In this document: positions 1 to 9,288 of the stretch, piece after piece
Layout of the letters: each line of letters starts with the position of its first letter
Numbering within the stretch: the first letter of the stretch is position 1
DNA from: an uncultured virus (IMG/VR IMGVR_UViG_3300036406_001455)
Lineage: Duplodnaviria; Heunggongvirae; Uroviricota; Caudoviricetes
Strand: one strand, 5' to 3'
IMG/VR virus record: IMGVR_UViG_3300036406_001455
DNA: 60,520 nt
Position numbers and translations under genes: made by a program
Notes under the pieces: generated by a model
Seen by the model: the letters and a program-made list of their open reading frames with translations, nothing else
What the model was told of the DNA's origin: nothing
Database searches by the model: none

Positions 1-194
1 CGCAACGCGACCGTGCGTTCCGGGTTCCGCGGCAGCGCGGCTTGCAAGGGGGCCGGGTTGTCGCCTCCCCCCGCGGCTTCACCGTAGACGATGGCGCGGG
101 CCAACTCGTAGAACGGTTTGCTTACCGCCTGGAGATGCGGCGGCAGGTGGGCGTACGCGAAGAACTGGAGGATGGGTTCGTTCATGTGGTTCAT
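1..194 (-). CDS. Partial conserved small phage protein (YAHLP...RTVALR family), possibly Acb2/Tad1-like hairpin
   Basis: My translation (not in ORF track, runs off the window edge): MNHMNEPILQFFAYAHLPPHLQAVSKPFYELARAIV...LPRNPERTVALR. Confidence 0.7.
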   Translation of the reverse strand, partial: MNHMNEPILQFFAYAHLPPHLQAVSKPFYELARAIVYGEAAGGGDNPAPLQAALPRNPERTVAL

Positions 195-209
195 GCCTGG
201 GGCTAACAC

Positions 210-656
210 CTAAGCGGCGCGCCGGCTCGCGTTCAACTTACGGCGCCACGCGCCGTCCCACTGCGAGCGCCGGGGTGTCGCGTTCGCCGCCCGAAGGAAC
301 GCGTCTTCGTCGGCCAGGAGCAGCAGCATGTGGGCCAACGCGACATCCGCCCGGGGCAGCTCGTGCGAAGCGTCGTGGTAGCAGTAGGCTGTCACGCCGT
401 AGACACGCGCCCCGTGGCGCTCGGCACGGTGCGTTATGCCCCTGTACGGGTTGACACGGTACGCCGTACCCGATGCCGTGACGACGCAAACGAATCCTCG
501 GTGGCGCAGCGTGGCGTGCTGCCGCGGGTCCAGGAAGGAGCGAAACAGCGTCATGGCTCGCCGCTGAGCCGCAGAGTTGCGTTTCACCTGACGCTGCGCG
601 TACTCGCGAAAAAACTCGGACCACGCTGCGCTATCATCGCCCACGTGCGAGTCCAC
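210..656 (-). CDS. Conserved hypothetical phage protein
   Basis: 148-aa ORF directly after the GG-ending gene; motif LPRADVALAHMLLLLADEDAFLRAAN. Confidence 0.7.
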   Translation of the reverse strand: MDSHVGDDSAAWSEFFREYAQRQVKRNSAAQRRAMTLFRSFLDPRQHATLRHRGFVCVVTASGTAYRVNPYRGITHRAERHGARVYGVTAYCYHDASHELPRADVALAHMLLLLADEDAFLRAANATPRRSQWDGAWRRKLNASRRAA

Positions 657-658
657 AG

Positions 659-901
659 CTACCCGCCAGCCAAGGGGCGCAGCGCGATGTGCCTACGCGG
701 TCGCGTGGATCTCCGCATCGCGGGCGATTGCACCCGCCGAATGGTCAACGCGCCCGGCTCGCCTTCGGCTTCGAAGAAGCTGTAGCCCTTGGCCTTGAGG
801 TTGTCGATGATGCCTTGCGCCTCGGCAACTTCTTCGGGCTTGTCTGGATCCCAGCGGACGGTCGTGTGCCCCGACGCATCAGGAATCTCAAGGGTTTCCA
901 T
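659..901 (-). CDS. Small hypothetical protein ending in Gly-Gly
   Basis: METLEIPDASGHTTVRWDP...RPLAGG; start chosen at ATG 901. Confidence 0.7.
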   Translation of the reverse strand: METLEIPDASGHTTVRWDPDKPEEVAEAQGIIDNLKAKGYSFFEAEGEPGALTIRRVQSPAMRRSTRPRRHIALRPLAGG

Positions 902-1367
902 TGGAGCCCCATGCGCGGATTCGCACCCTCGGCACGTTGACGATGGCCACAAACGCGGGCCGTAGGCTCACGGTTTCGCCAGCCCCTTCCACCTGCCACC
1001 GTAGACCAGGCAGCGTGTCGATCTCCACGTACTCGGGCGTGGGGCGTTTGGTCTGGCGGTAGTGCCAGTGCGCAGTCACGGTAAATGCAGCGGACTGCGG
1101 CGTGTGGAACGTCAGCACCACGCCGGTCAGTCCGTAAACCTCTTGAGCATCCACGCGCAGGCGTTTGCTGCCAATCTCTGCGCGCCAACTCGCGCCTACT
1201 TGGCGCACAGTCAGGGGGTAGGTGGGGTGCATCGCGATTTGCGGGGCCGAGGCGCCCGGCCGCTGGTACACCCACAACCAGCCCTCTGGAAGCTCCGGCC
1301 CTGGAATCGGAAACGTTTGCTGGTCAATCATAGCCAGCTGACGGTACTTGGCTAGCCGCTTGTTCAT
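888..1367 (-). CDS. Hypothetical protein
   Basis: 159-aa ORF, 4-bp overlap with the upstream gene. Confidence 0.55.
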   Translation of the reverse strand: MNKRLAKYRQLAMIDQQTFPIPGPELPEGWLWVYQRPGASAPQIAMHPTYPLTVRQVGASWRAEIGSKRLRVDAQEVYGLTGVVLTFHTPQSAAFTVTAHWHYRQTKRPTPEYVEIDTLPGLRWQVEGAGETVSLRPAFVAIVNVPRVRIRAWGSNGNP

Positions 1368-1822
1368 CGAAGGCCCAACGCTTGGATTGCTTGATCCACA
1401 TGAATGTCGAGCAACCCGCCGTTGAAGAAGCTGGGCCGAGGGTCGAGGGCAGTGGCCGCCGGCACCGGGCAGTCGTCGAGGGCCACCGCGCGCCCGTCTT
1501 CACCACCGACGAGGAGCCCGCGGATGTAAGCATCGCGGTTCTCGGCGGCGATATCTGGGGGCAACACTAGCATGTCCGAGTACCGCAGTCCTCCTCGGCG
1601 CAACGCGACCACAAGGCCGGCGCGCTGCTCCTCCACTCGGCGCCACGGCGAGGTAACCACCACTGATGCGCCCGTGAACTGGACGATGCGTGCCAGCCGC
1701 AGTACACACGCGGGGTCGATGACGCGCGCGAAGTAGTCGCGACCCAGCGGGATGTTACCCGCCGCCGCCAACGACTCGTCGTGGACCAGCACACCGTCTA
1801 CGTTGAGCAGTAGCAGCTTCAT
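1364..1822 (-). CDS. HAD-fold protein (Swiss-Army-knife RNA-repair HAD type), motif I altered
   Basis: LLLNVDGVL (DxDGVL with first D replaced by N), IDPACVLRL, VVVTSPWR, VALDD. Confidence 0.65.
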   Translation of the reverse strand: MKLLLLNVDGVLVHDESLAAAGNIPLGRDYFARVIDPACVLRLARIVQFTGASVVVTSPWRRVEEQRAGLVVALRRGGLRYSDMLVLPPDIAAENRDAYIRGLLVGGEDGRAVALDDCPVPAATALDPRPSFFNGGLLDIHVDQAIQALGLR

Positions 1823-2037
1823 GGGTGTCCACCTGTGGGCACCCAGGGAATCGTTTCCTCTCGACCGTTGGGGTGGGTGACAACCGCGCCACCGAGGTTT
1901 CGCGCCCATCGGTATGCCTGCTCTTCGGAGTGGGCGACCCGTGGCGAAAGGTCGCCGACAGCCAGCACCTTCCACGTACCGGCCGATTCCGCATGGCGGT
2001 TGAACGTGCTGCGCACATGGCCATGAGCGATGGTCAT
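1819..2037 (-). CDS. Hypothetical protein
   Basis: 72 aa, ATGA overlaps at both ends. Confidence 0.55.
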   Translation of the reverse strand: MTIAHGHVRSTFNRHAESAGTWKVLAVGDLSPRVAHSEEQAYRWARNLGGAVVTHPNGREETIPWVPTGGHP

Positions 2038-2450
2038 GGCGTGCCGCAATGGGCACACTTGAACCGCATGGCCGTAGGCGTCAGGAGCAGCACACTGTCG
2101 TCATCGTCTTCCGCCCGAGTCACATGCAGCAGCACGGTGTGGTCGAGTCCGCCCGTAAGCGTCTCCCCCGGCTTGAACTCACGCTCGTTGATGGTGTAGA
2201 GCGCCCAGTTGTTGATGAAGTCTCCCGCAGCCGCCAGCCACAACGCGGGTATGTCGCGCAGCGTCAGCTCGGGGCGCCCAAACTGGTGCATGCCCCGCGT
2301 CCGAAGGACGAACGCCGTGTCGCCGGGGAGCACGTTGTCGGTGCACTCGGCGCCATCCTTCGGCGCCGGTGGACTGAAGTCGACGGAGACCTTCTCCATG
2401 TACTCGTTTTGCGAGACGTGGCGCTTGATGTGGTGCACATTGTCGAACAT
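2034..2450 (-). CDS. Hypothetical protein (DUF4261/DUF4262-like)
   Basis: RTRGMHQFGRPEL...FKPGETL; preceded by the GCCGGGTTAG motif. Confidence 0.6.
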   Translation of the reverse strand: MFDNVHHIKRHVSQNEYMEKVSVDFSPPAPKDGAECTDNVLPGDTAFVLRTRGMHQFGRPELTLRDIPALWLAAAGDFINNWALYTINEREFKPGETLTGGLDHTVLLHVTRAEDDDDSVLLLTPTAMRFKCAHCGTP

Positions 2451-2459
2451 AGAATGTAT

Positions 2460-2861
2460 CTAACCCGGCAATGCTGCGGGCGCCACCAGCACGGAGCGAA
2501 ACAGCCCCTTGGCGTCTGCCACGGACAACTGCGGGAACCCAGGCATCGGGTTGTCCGCCAGGTAGTTGCACAATACGCGCAATCCCGAGCGCGGGCCCTC
2601 CGCCTTGGTACGACCAAGAAACTGATCCTCGAACCCATCGCACTCAGGTCCGCCGCGGTACCGTGTCACGACTTGCCGCCGTTGCCAGCGTTCGATGGAA
2701 GTCGAGCCGTCCACTCGGGCGTCGAGGTACACCCAGCGACCGTCGAAACGGTGAAGCTCCACTACGGCGCGTCCTGCCACGAGGTCTATGTCGAGGTTGC
2801 GCAACTCCCAGCCGTAGCGTTCCAGCCCTTTGGCGAGCGGCGCTGGCGTCATTTCAGCCAT
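2460..2861 (-). CDS. Hypothetical protein
   Basis: [12 protein letters not shown]... with a GAGG SD; the listed longer ORF extends only through the repeat. Confidence 0.6.
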   Translation of the reverse strand: MAEMTPAPLAKGLERYGWELRNLDIDLVAGRAVVELHRFDGRWVYLDARVDGSTSIERWQRRQVVTRYRGGPECDGFEDQFLGRTKAEGPRSGLRVLCNYLADNPMPGFPQLSVADAKGLFRSVLVAPAALPG

Positions 2862-3039
2862 TCCCCACCTCACCAGAACCGGCCGCGCAGGGAACCGCGC
2901 CACGTCGCGCCACACCACGCCACGAGCACGATGTGGAGCGCGACCCCTTCGGTAGAGCGGGGCTCGGCGGCCTCGGCCTCGGTGAGCCGGGTGAACACGA
3001 CCACCGAGCGGACCTCGGCGGGGGTTTCGGGGCGGCCTC

Positions 3040-3378
3040 TCATCCGGGGCCATCGCCCTCGCCCGAGCCCTCGCCCGAGCCCTCGCCCGAGCCCCAGCCC
3101 GAGCCCCAGCCCGAGCCATCGCCCGAGCCCCAGCCCGAGCCCCAGCCCGAGCCCCAGCCCGAGCCATCGCCCGAGCCCCAGCCCGAGCCCGAGCCCGAGC
3201 CATCGCCCGAGCCCGAGCCATCGCCCGAGCCCGAGCCATCGCCCCAGCCCGAGCCCGAGCCCCAGCCCGAGCCCGAGCCCTCGCCCCAGCCCGAGCCCGA
3301 GCCCGAGCCCGAGCCATCGCCCGAGCCCGAGCCATCGCCCGAGCCCGAGCCCCGCCGTCCGCGGATTACCGCGACCAC
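3040..3378 (-). CDS. Gly/Ser-rich repeat protein (GSGDG/GSGWG)
   Basis: GTG start overlapping the end of the upstream DUF6948-like gene; body made of GS/GD/GW/GE dipeptides. Confidence 0.55.
   Translation of the reverse strand: MVAVIRGRRGSGSGDGSGSGDGSGSGSGSGWGEGSGSGWGSGSGWGDGSGSGDGSGSGDGSGSGSGWGSGDGSGWGSGWGSGWGSGDGSGWGSGWGSGEGSGEGSGEGDGPG
3051..3352. repeat. Hexanucleotide-unit tandem repeat (GCCCGA/GCCCCA/GCCATC/GCCCTC)
   Basis: Directly visible; open in several frames. Confidence 0.95.
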
Positions 3379-3746
3379 GGCAGCACCTTCGCCACCGCCT
3401 CGATGCAGGCTGGCGTTGCGACGTACTCCTCGATCACCCCCTGGATCGTGGTCGTCACGACGGGTCCGATCTGCCCGCCGTCGCGCGGCCCGACCAGCGA
3501 CAGCTCGGAGCAGTCGCCCGCGCCCTTGAACTTCCATACGCGGCGGGCCTCGGTGAGCTTGACCACGGCACCGCTCTCGCGCTCCCAGACCTTCCGCCCG
3601 ATCCAAACGCCAGCGGCGAAGGTCCGAAGCAGCACCACCTCCCCGATGTTCTCGGCGGGCGGGTTGGTGGGAGCGGCGACGGTGCCGCCGAACATGGAGG
3701 CGAGCCGCTTGGCCTCGCCGATGGTGAGGTTGTCGATGTCGATCAT
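3366..3746 (-). CDS. DUF6948-like phage protein
   Basis: [21 protein letters not shown]...[13 protein letters not shown]...[21 protein letters not shown]. Confidence 0.7.
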   Translation of the reverse strand: MIDIDNLTIGEAKRLASMFGGTVAAPTNPPAENIGEVVLLRTFAAGVWIGRKVWERESGAVVKLTEARRVWKFKGAGDCSELSLVGPRDGGQIGPVVTTTIQGVIEEYVATPACIEAVAKVLPWSR

Positions 3747-3829
3747 AGCTACTCCTTTGGTGTTTCCCGTCCGTGGGGCAAGGCGCCCATCCTTGCAGGG
3801 CGCCACGTCGCGGGTGCGACGCGGGTTCA

Positions 3830-4042
3830 TCAGTCGTCCGTGTCGTCCGTGTCGATGTCTTCGATGGGTGTGCCGTCCGGGTGCCGGAGCCCCGCGGCGA
3901 TGTCGCGCTCGACGGCTGCGGCGGTGCGCGCAGCCTCCGCGGCGCTCTTGGCGGCGAACGCCGCCGAGGTCCGGTGGTACTCGGCCAGGCGCCGGGTCGC
4001 TTCCTCCTGTTCCCACGCTGCGAATGGATCGGTGTCGCTCAT
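3830..4042 (-). CDS. Hypothetical protein
   Basis: 70 aa, GGAGGAG SD upstream. Confidence 0.55.
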   Translation of the reverse strand: MSDTDPFAAWEQEEATRRLAEYHRTSAAFAAKSAAEAARTAAAVERDIAAGLRHPDGTPIEDIDTDDTDD

Positions 4043-4116
4043 CTTCTACTCCTCCTGCTCACACTATCCCACGATCCTATGGCGTCAACGAGAAACCAGA
4101 AGAAAGTGGATCGTGC

Positions 4117-4320
4117 CTACACGATCCATCGGCGGCCCAGCCAATCCAACGCAGCTTCTCGCGTCTCAAAGGGCGTACACGCTGCGAGGCCCGAGGCTAC
4201 TTCCGTCACCGTGTAGCCCCACGGTACGCCGTGGGCGCGGTGTACGGCGTAAGGCCCGCGTACCTCGGCTTCTACTTCGCGTTGCTGGCCCCCTACGCAT
4301 CGAATCAAGATGCGAGTCAC
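4117..4320 (-). CDS. Hypothetical protein
   Basis: GTGA overlap with the nuclease stop. Confidence 0.5.
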   Translation of the reverse strand: MTRILIRCVGGQQREVEAEVRGPYAVHRAHGVPWGYTVTEVASGLAACTPFETREAALDWLGRRWIV

Positions 4321-5276
4321 GGAGCAGCCCACCCTGGCCCTTGGCCGCAAAAGCCCTGCCCCGGGCAGCCATCCTTCCCGTAACGCCCGCGACACACCTG
4401 CTCGTGCTGCGCCATTGGGTGATAGTGCACGTTCGTCCCGCGCCAGTGCTCGATCTCGTGCGCCTTCTGGTACAACTGCTGGGGGAACAACGCATCACGC
4501 CACGGCGTAGCAGGCATGGGGTGTGCCTTCACGGTCCACGGGGCGTTGGTCTTTACCAGTTGAATCGTGTTGAACTTGAACTGTGCACCCCACACCTGTG
4601 CCGCCACAATCCTTGTTACGGCAAACTGCCCATCCATGGCGTACGCCTCGGCGCGCGCCGCGCTCACGTCCCCCACGGTGCACTTGAAGTCGCGTACGCA
4701 CACGTTCCCGCGCCCCTCCTCGTAGACCAGGTCGAGCTTCCGCGTCACCCGAATGGGCGCGCCGGAAGGCAGGCACGCTGGCTCTACGGGTGCATAGTCG
4801 ATTGCTGCGGGTAGCGGCTGCCCTTGGCGCCAGGATTCATTGAAAGTGGCTGCGTGGTTGGGGCTCAACACCCATAGCCCAAAGGCTCCTGCCTTGTGGC
4901 CAAGCACAGCAGAGAAGGACATCTCCACGCCCAGGATACGCTGCCCCGGGGGCGTGTGAAACTTCGCGGCGTAGCGCCGGATTGTTTCGACCAACTCCGC
5001 CTTGTGCGCGTTACCCTCTGGGTGTAGTGCACACCACGCTTCGATTGCGCTTTCAGGATCGTAGTAGGTGTTCGGATCACCACCATGCTGCTGAATCATC
5101 CAGCGCAGATGCAGATGCCCCAGGCCGACGCGCCCCATCGTCCCGCGAGTCAGCGCGTCTGACCGGTCGTCCAGCAGCCCGGAGGTCAGCAATCCGCCGT
5201 ACTTGAGACAGCGGAAGTAGGGCTGATAATAGCCCCACCCCCGGGGCGACGGGCCGCTGTCGACAAGAACAGGCAT
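4317..5276 (-). CDS. PD-(D/E)xK nuclease, Cas4/RecB-like exonuclease with probable Fe-S cysteines
   Basis: VG.GH, VE, KLDLV...VRDFK, QF motifs; one N-terminal Cys plus three C-terminal Cys (CRGRYGKDGCPGQGFC). Confidence 0.75.
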   Translation of the reverse strand: MPVLVDSGPSPRGWGYYQPYFRCLKYGGLLTSGLLDDRSDALTRGTMGRVGLGHLHLRWMIQQHGGDPNTYYDPESAIEAWCALHPEGNAHKAELVETIRRYAAKFHTPPGQRILGVEMSFSAVLGHKAGAFGLWVLSPNHAATFNESWRQGQPLPAAIDYAPVEPACLPSGAPIRVTRKLDLVYEEGRGNVCVRDFKCTVGDVSAARAEAYAMDGQFAVTRIVAAQVWGAQFKFNTIQLVKTNAPWTVKAHPMPATPWRDALFPQQLYQKAHEIEHWRGTNVHYHPMAQHEQVCRGRYGKDGCPGQGFCGQGPGWAAP

Positions 5277-5277
5277 G

Positions 5278-6003
5278 TCAGCCCGGGAGCCCAGGCAGCG
5301 AGATGCGGGCCGTAGGGAACCCGTTTTCGAGATGTACGCCGCTCTCGGCCAACGCATGCCGGGTGAGCGCCGCGAGCCCCTTGCGCCGCAGGGTTTCGGA
5401 ATCCTGCGTTGCGGATTCGAGCTTCTGGTAGGCTGCGCGGCAATCCGCGGAGCGCCGCGTCAACACAACCCACTCGGAAAGGTCGACGCTGGCGGGGCGG
5501 ACCTGCACTTGGGCGTCGAGGCTGGCTTCCGAACGAGGCAGCGTCGTCCTTGCGTGGATGTGCACCGTGCAGAACTCCGGGAGGTTGTCGCCTCGCGCGA
5601 TGCCCAACGCTGCGTGTGCGTGCCGCGTGAGGTAGCAGTCGAGCGTCATTCGCTCGTTGCTGTAGGGCCACGTCGAGTCGTTGATGCTCGCCCCGTTGAT
5701 GTGGGGTGTCATCGACATTCCGTAGACTTCTGCTTTGGCCTTCACATCGGCCAACTTGAACCCCCGGGTGAACGCCTGGAGGACCGGGGCTACCTCCAAG
5801 AGCGCGTCCTTGCGCAACTCGCGGTAGATGTCCAGCAGCAGGTCGTTGGCCTGCTGCCCAACGTCGTTGGCCTCCGCATTGAGCCGCGCCATTTCGGCCT
5901 GTGCGCGGTCGAGGGCGTCGTCCACGAGCAGGTTGGCCAGTTCCTCGCGCGACACTTGGCTGAGGGCGGCCTGCGCGCCGAGAAGGGTGGTGCTGGTTTC
6001 CAT
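5278..6003 (-). CDS. Hypothetical protein with coiled-coil segments
   Basis: 241 aa, AGGAG SD. Confidence 0.65.
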   Translation of the reverse strand: METSTTLLGAQAALSQVSREELANLLVDDALDRAQAEMARLNAEANDVGQQANDLLLDIYRELRKDALLEVAPVLQAFTRGFKLADVKAKAEVYGMSMTPHINGASINDSTWPYSNERMTLDCYLTRHAHAALGIARGDNLPEFCTVHIHARTTLPRSEASLDAQVQVRPASVDLSEWVVLTRRSADCRAAYQKLESATQDSETLRRKGLAALTRHALAESGVHLENGFPTARISLPGLPG

Positions 6004-6011
6004 GGGGGCTC

Positions 6012-6509
6012 CTACGGGGTGAGGTTGACGACGATGGGTTCGATGCTGAGGCGGATCGGCTTGTCGCTGTAGAGGTAGGTGCCAGACCACTGGACGTACT
6101 GGCCGTTTTCCGTCCAGAAGTAGATGTAGTCCCCCGAACGGCCGTAGGTGCCTTCATCCGAGGGCGCGTCCACGAGCACGTCTGCGTAATACTGCCCCAC
6201 GTCGCGGCGGGCGAAGTCGTAGGGCTTGGTGAGCCGCTTGCTGCCGCTGGTGACCTTGCCCTTGGCCGTGGTGTACATCACCGGCTGCCCGGCGCCGTTG
6301 AGCAGCACGATGTACCCAAGCAACCCTGGCGAAGAGGTCAACTCCAACCGGGCCTTGATGTTGTCGATCTCCGCGTTCTCGTCGAAACGGATCGTGGAGG
6401 CTTCCCGCTCGGCCTTCTCTGCCTGCACGCTCTTGTTGTGGGGTTGCACGGCGGGGTCTTCGAAGCAGCCGTAGGCGAACAGGAGCAGCATGCACGCTTG
6501 CGGCGTCAT
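6012..6509 (-). CDS. Putative phage lipoprotein
   Basis: LLLFAYGC lipobox-like; KGKVTS, DEGTYG, YIYFWT, YLYSD motifs. Confidence 0.7.
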   Translation of the reverse strand: MTPQACMLLLFAYGCFEDPAVQPHNKSVQAEKAEREASTIRFDENAEIDNIKARLELTSSPGLLGYIVLLNGAGQPVMYTTAKGKVTSGSKRLTKPYDFARRDVGQYYADVLVDAPSDEGTYGRSGDYIYFWTENGQYVQWSGTYLYSDKPIRLSIEPIVVNLTP

Positions 6510-6838
6510 TCGCACACCTGCGCATCCAAGGCATCGGGGAGCGACCAGCCCTTCCACACGCCGACCGTAACCTTCTGCGCGTTGCTGTTGTAGTCGGCGA
6601 CCAGCTCGCGGCAGGACTGCTGCTGCCCGGTCAGGTCGATGCGGAGCCGCGCCGTTTCGTCGGGAGAGATGTCGATGTTGTCGAGGAGCGCGTGGGTGCT
6701 TCGGACCTGGGCAGCGCGGGAGTCCACGCGGCCCTTTGCGGAATGGAACCACTCGTAGTCGTGGATGATCTTGTCTGGGTCCGTGACGCGGTCGGCCACT
6801 TGCGATGCCGTGGAACATGCGAGAAGAAGGAAGAACAT
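6506..6838 (-). CDS. Putative lipoprotein/exported protein
   Basis: MFFLLLAC; YEWF and DYN motifs; coupled to the next gene. Confidence 0.65.
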   Translation of the reverse strand: MFFLLLACSTASQVADRVTDPDKIIHDYEWFHSAKGRVDSRAAQVRSTHALLDNIDISPDETARLRIDLTGQQQSCRELVADYNSNAQKVTVGVWKGWSLPDALDAQVCE

Positions 6839-6863
6839 GAAGTCCCTTGGTGATTGCTGTTTG

Positions 6864-7139
6864 CTAACCCGGCTTTGGCGAGTGCGCAAGTATCCGTGAG
6901 TATTCGATGGGCGCGGTCAAAGCCGGGACTTCGAAAGGCTCGCGCGCCAGGTTGTCGGCACAGACGCCTCGGCCCGTGGGGCGGTTGCTGTCTCTGTGGC
7001 GCTCCTCGACGAAGCGCTGCGTTCCTTGGTGATCGGTTCTCGTGACTTCCCGCACCCAGAGGGCGCAGGCCGCGCCGATGCACGTGGGGTTCAGCATGCG
7101 ATGGCAAACAGGGATCACGTAACCTCCGGAGGGGTCCAT
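6864..7139 (-). CDS. Cys-rich hypothetical protein
   Basis: C..CIGAACALW...GVC pattern. Confidence 0.5.
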   Translation of the reverse strand: MDPSGGYVIPVCHRMLNPTCIGAACALWVREVTRTDHQGTQRFVEERHRDSNRPTGRGVCADNLAREPFEVPALTAPIEYSRILAHSPKPG

Positions 7140-7708
7140 TGATCGGCCATGGCTTGAGCGATGCCGTGGTAGGTGGCGCTGCGCAGCCGCGCACGGTCGG
7201 GTGACGGCCCCAGCCGGTTTTGCCCGCTGGGTGTTTGGTTCGCCCAATACCCCCGATATGGCACAGGCAGAATGTTTGTAGGGTGCAGCGGGGGTAGGCC
7301 GCGAAGCCAGAGACACGTGGCCTTGCTTGCGTCATGACCAAACTGCCACGGCTGGATCACTTGGTCCGGCTTGCGATAGATGCTCGACATGACGCCCACG
7401 GGGTTCTCGATGGCGACTCGTGGGATAGGGGCATTGACCAACTGCATGAAGAAGTCGATGCCTTGCTGCTGCCTTCCATCGGCGCGTTTCGCTGCAAAGT
7501 GCCGCGCACCGCTCACTGCCAAATGCGTGCATGGCGGGAATCCAATCATCATGTCCCAACCAAGGTTGAGTACGAGCCGCACATCACCTTGGATATGCGG
7601 CCCGGGGCGCTCGGATGGTTCGATGTCGCACGACACGGCGTCATGCCCGTTGGCGATCAACGCGTCTCGTACGTGTCCGCTCAACTCGCAGGCCACGAGG
7701 ATGCGCAT
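7115..7708 (-). CDS. Short phage-type DNA cytosine-C5 methyltransferase
   Basis: ILVACE.SG.VRDA, SCD, catalytic FPPC, IENPVG, KATCLW. Confidence 0.85.
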   Translation of the reverse strand: MRILVACELSGHVRDALIANGHDAVSCDIEPSERPGPHIQGDVRLVLNLGWDMMIGFPPCTHLAVSGARHFAAKRADGRQQQGIDFFMQLVNAPIPRVAIENPVGVMSSIYRKPDQVIQPWQFGHDASKATCLWLRGLPPLHPTNILPVPYRGYWANQTPSGQNRLGPSPDRARLRSATYHGIAQAMADQWTPPEVT

Positions 7709-9264
7709 CAATCCCAACGGTCGATGGTGTACGTCGTGGTGACGTGCCCGTCGAACACACGCACCGTCGTGGCGCACGCGCCCTTGCCGCCGCGAACCGC
7801 CAGGCCGCAGGCTTGGCTCGGTGCATCGCCACCTGAGAGCTTGGCCGTACGCGCGTGAGCTTCCAGCGTGCTGCGAATGCTGTGGTACTCGCTGCGAAGC
7901 TGCTCAGGGAAGAACAGCGCGCCCCCGCGGTACGTCGTGTCCTTGCACCCTTTGAGGATGAACAGCGCGCCCGGGTCTTGGTGCGGGAACGCGTCGCTGC
8001 TGGCCCACATGAACGGAAACATGGAGACGCCCAGTACGTGGGCCGTGAGGCCGGGCAGGTTGAACTGCGCGGACGACGCGCCGCCCGCGTACGTGTACCA
8101 CGCCACCGGGCTGTGCCACTGGAGCATGTTCGGCGCTTCCCCGTCCTCCGCCGTGGTGAACGCATAGAAGTGCCGCGCATTGGCCAGCACGACTTCCATG
8201 CGGATCGCAGAAGGCAGCACGACGCGCGCGAACTTCGTCCATGTGATGGGCGGGGCCGTGACGTTGGTCGAATGCGGCGGGGTCTTGTCCCGCAGGTGGG
8301 CGAAGATGCCCCCAGCCGGCGGCGTGCGGTCCACGCCCTCCTTCCACAGCAGCTCGCAGTCGTTGATGCGCGCGAAGCGGCGGTTGAGCGCTTTGGCCAC
8401 GCCCATCTTCTCGATGACCTTCTCGGCCTGCGCGATGTTGCCCTCGGTCTGCGTCGTGGGGCGTTGGTACTGGAGCGGGTTCATCTTCTTCGCGAAGCGC
8501 CGCGCGACTTCATCGCCGGCCACGCCGTTGGCGATGTCTTCCAGGAGCGTTCCGATCATGGTCGACCGAACATGGCAGAAGCCCGGGGGCGCCGTTGCTA
8601 CTGCCAGCCACACGAGGTTCGCCCGCTGCTTGCGATGCGCGGCCACGGTCTCCAACAACGTCACGAGCCAGCGAGCCACGCCCTCGACCTTCTCCGAGCG
8701 GTAGAGCGCGTCGGAGGACAGCAGCGAGAGCGCCGTGCGACAGGTGTCAAGCGTGAACTCCGAAAGCGCACGCGAGAGCGTCTTGTGGTCCTCCGCCTTC
8801 TCGGCGGTGGCCTGGTACGCACTTAGCAGGGGGTGCGTGTGAACGTGCGGGTTTTTGCAGCACAGGTGCGCGAGCGTAGCGCCGCCCTTCTGCGAGGGGA
8901 CAGCGCCGAACATCGCGTCACCGGACAGGAACACACCGGTCACCTTGGCGCGGCTCACGACGACAGCCAGCGCGCGGCTGAACGGGGCGTCGTCGGCCAT
9001 GGACCAGAACGCCGGGACGGTGTTCCCCTGCGGGTCGATGCGTACGAGACCCCCGTAGGTTTCGATGAACCGTCGACACGCGCGACAGTTGTAGGTCTGA
9101 CTCTCCTCGATCGAAAACGAGTCGACGTAGCACTCCCACAGGTGCAACGTGTCGGTGGTGAACAGCGGCGCATCAGTGGGCAGGCCACGAACGGCCAGCG
9201 TTTCGAGGAACGCGTCGTACGTGTTGGCGTCAGACACGCCAATAGAAGCAGAGGCAGAAAGCAT
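7708..9264 (-). CDS. Conserved hypothetical phage protein (518 aa)
   Basis: Long ORF with LFTT, NCRACRRFI, YGGLV, NPLQYQRP motifs. Confidence 0.8.
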   Translation of the reverse strand: MLSASASIGVSDANTYDAFLETLAVRGLPTDAPLFTTDTLHLWECYVDSFSIEESQTYNCRACRRFIETYGGLVRIDPQGNTVPAFWSMADDAPFSRALAVVVSRAKVTGVFLSGDAMFGAVPSQKGGATLAHLCCKNPHVHTHPLLSAYQATAEKAEDHKTLSRALSEFTLDTCRTALSLLSSDALYRSEKVEGVARWLVTLLETVAAHRKQRANLVWLAVATAPPGFCHVRSTMIGTLLEDIANGVAGDEVARRFAKKMNPLQYQRPTTQTEGNIAQAEKVIEKMGVAKALNRRFARINDCELLWKEGVDRTPPAGGIFAHLRDKTPPHSTNVTAPPITWTKFARVVLPSAIRMEVVLANARHFYAFTTAEDGEAPNMLQWHSPVAWYTYAGGASSAQFNLPGLTAHVLGVSMFPFMWASSDAFPHQDPGALFILKGCKDTTYRGGALFFPEQLRSEYHSIRSTLEAHARTAKLSGGDAPSQACGLAVRGGKGACATTVRVFDGHVTTTYTIDRWD

Positions 9265-9288
9265 GAAGTCTCCGGGTGCGATCCAAAC

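Noticed and set aside
2870..3043. 57-aa minus-strand ORF starting [24 protein letters not shown] (RHH/MobC-like start)
   Set aside because: Resemblance is limited to the N-terminus and too short to support a call; may be a remnant.
3051..3352. Possible CRISPR array (also considered for 24964-25650)
   Set aside because: Contiguous short tandem units with no unique spacers; the Cas4-like nuclease is solo and no other cas genes are visible.
2049..4814. 921-aa plus-strand ORF with (PS)n repeats
   Set aside because: Antisense shadow of several minus-strand genes that have SD sites and recognisable motifs; high GC and the repeat keep it open.
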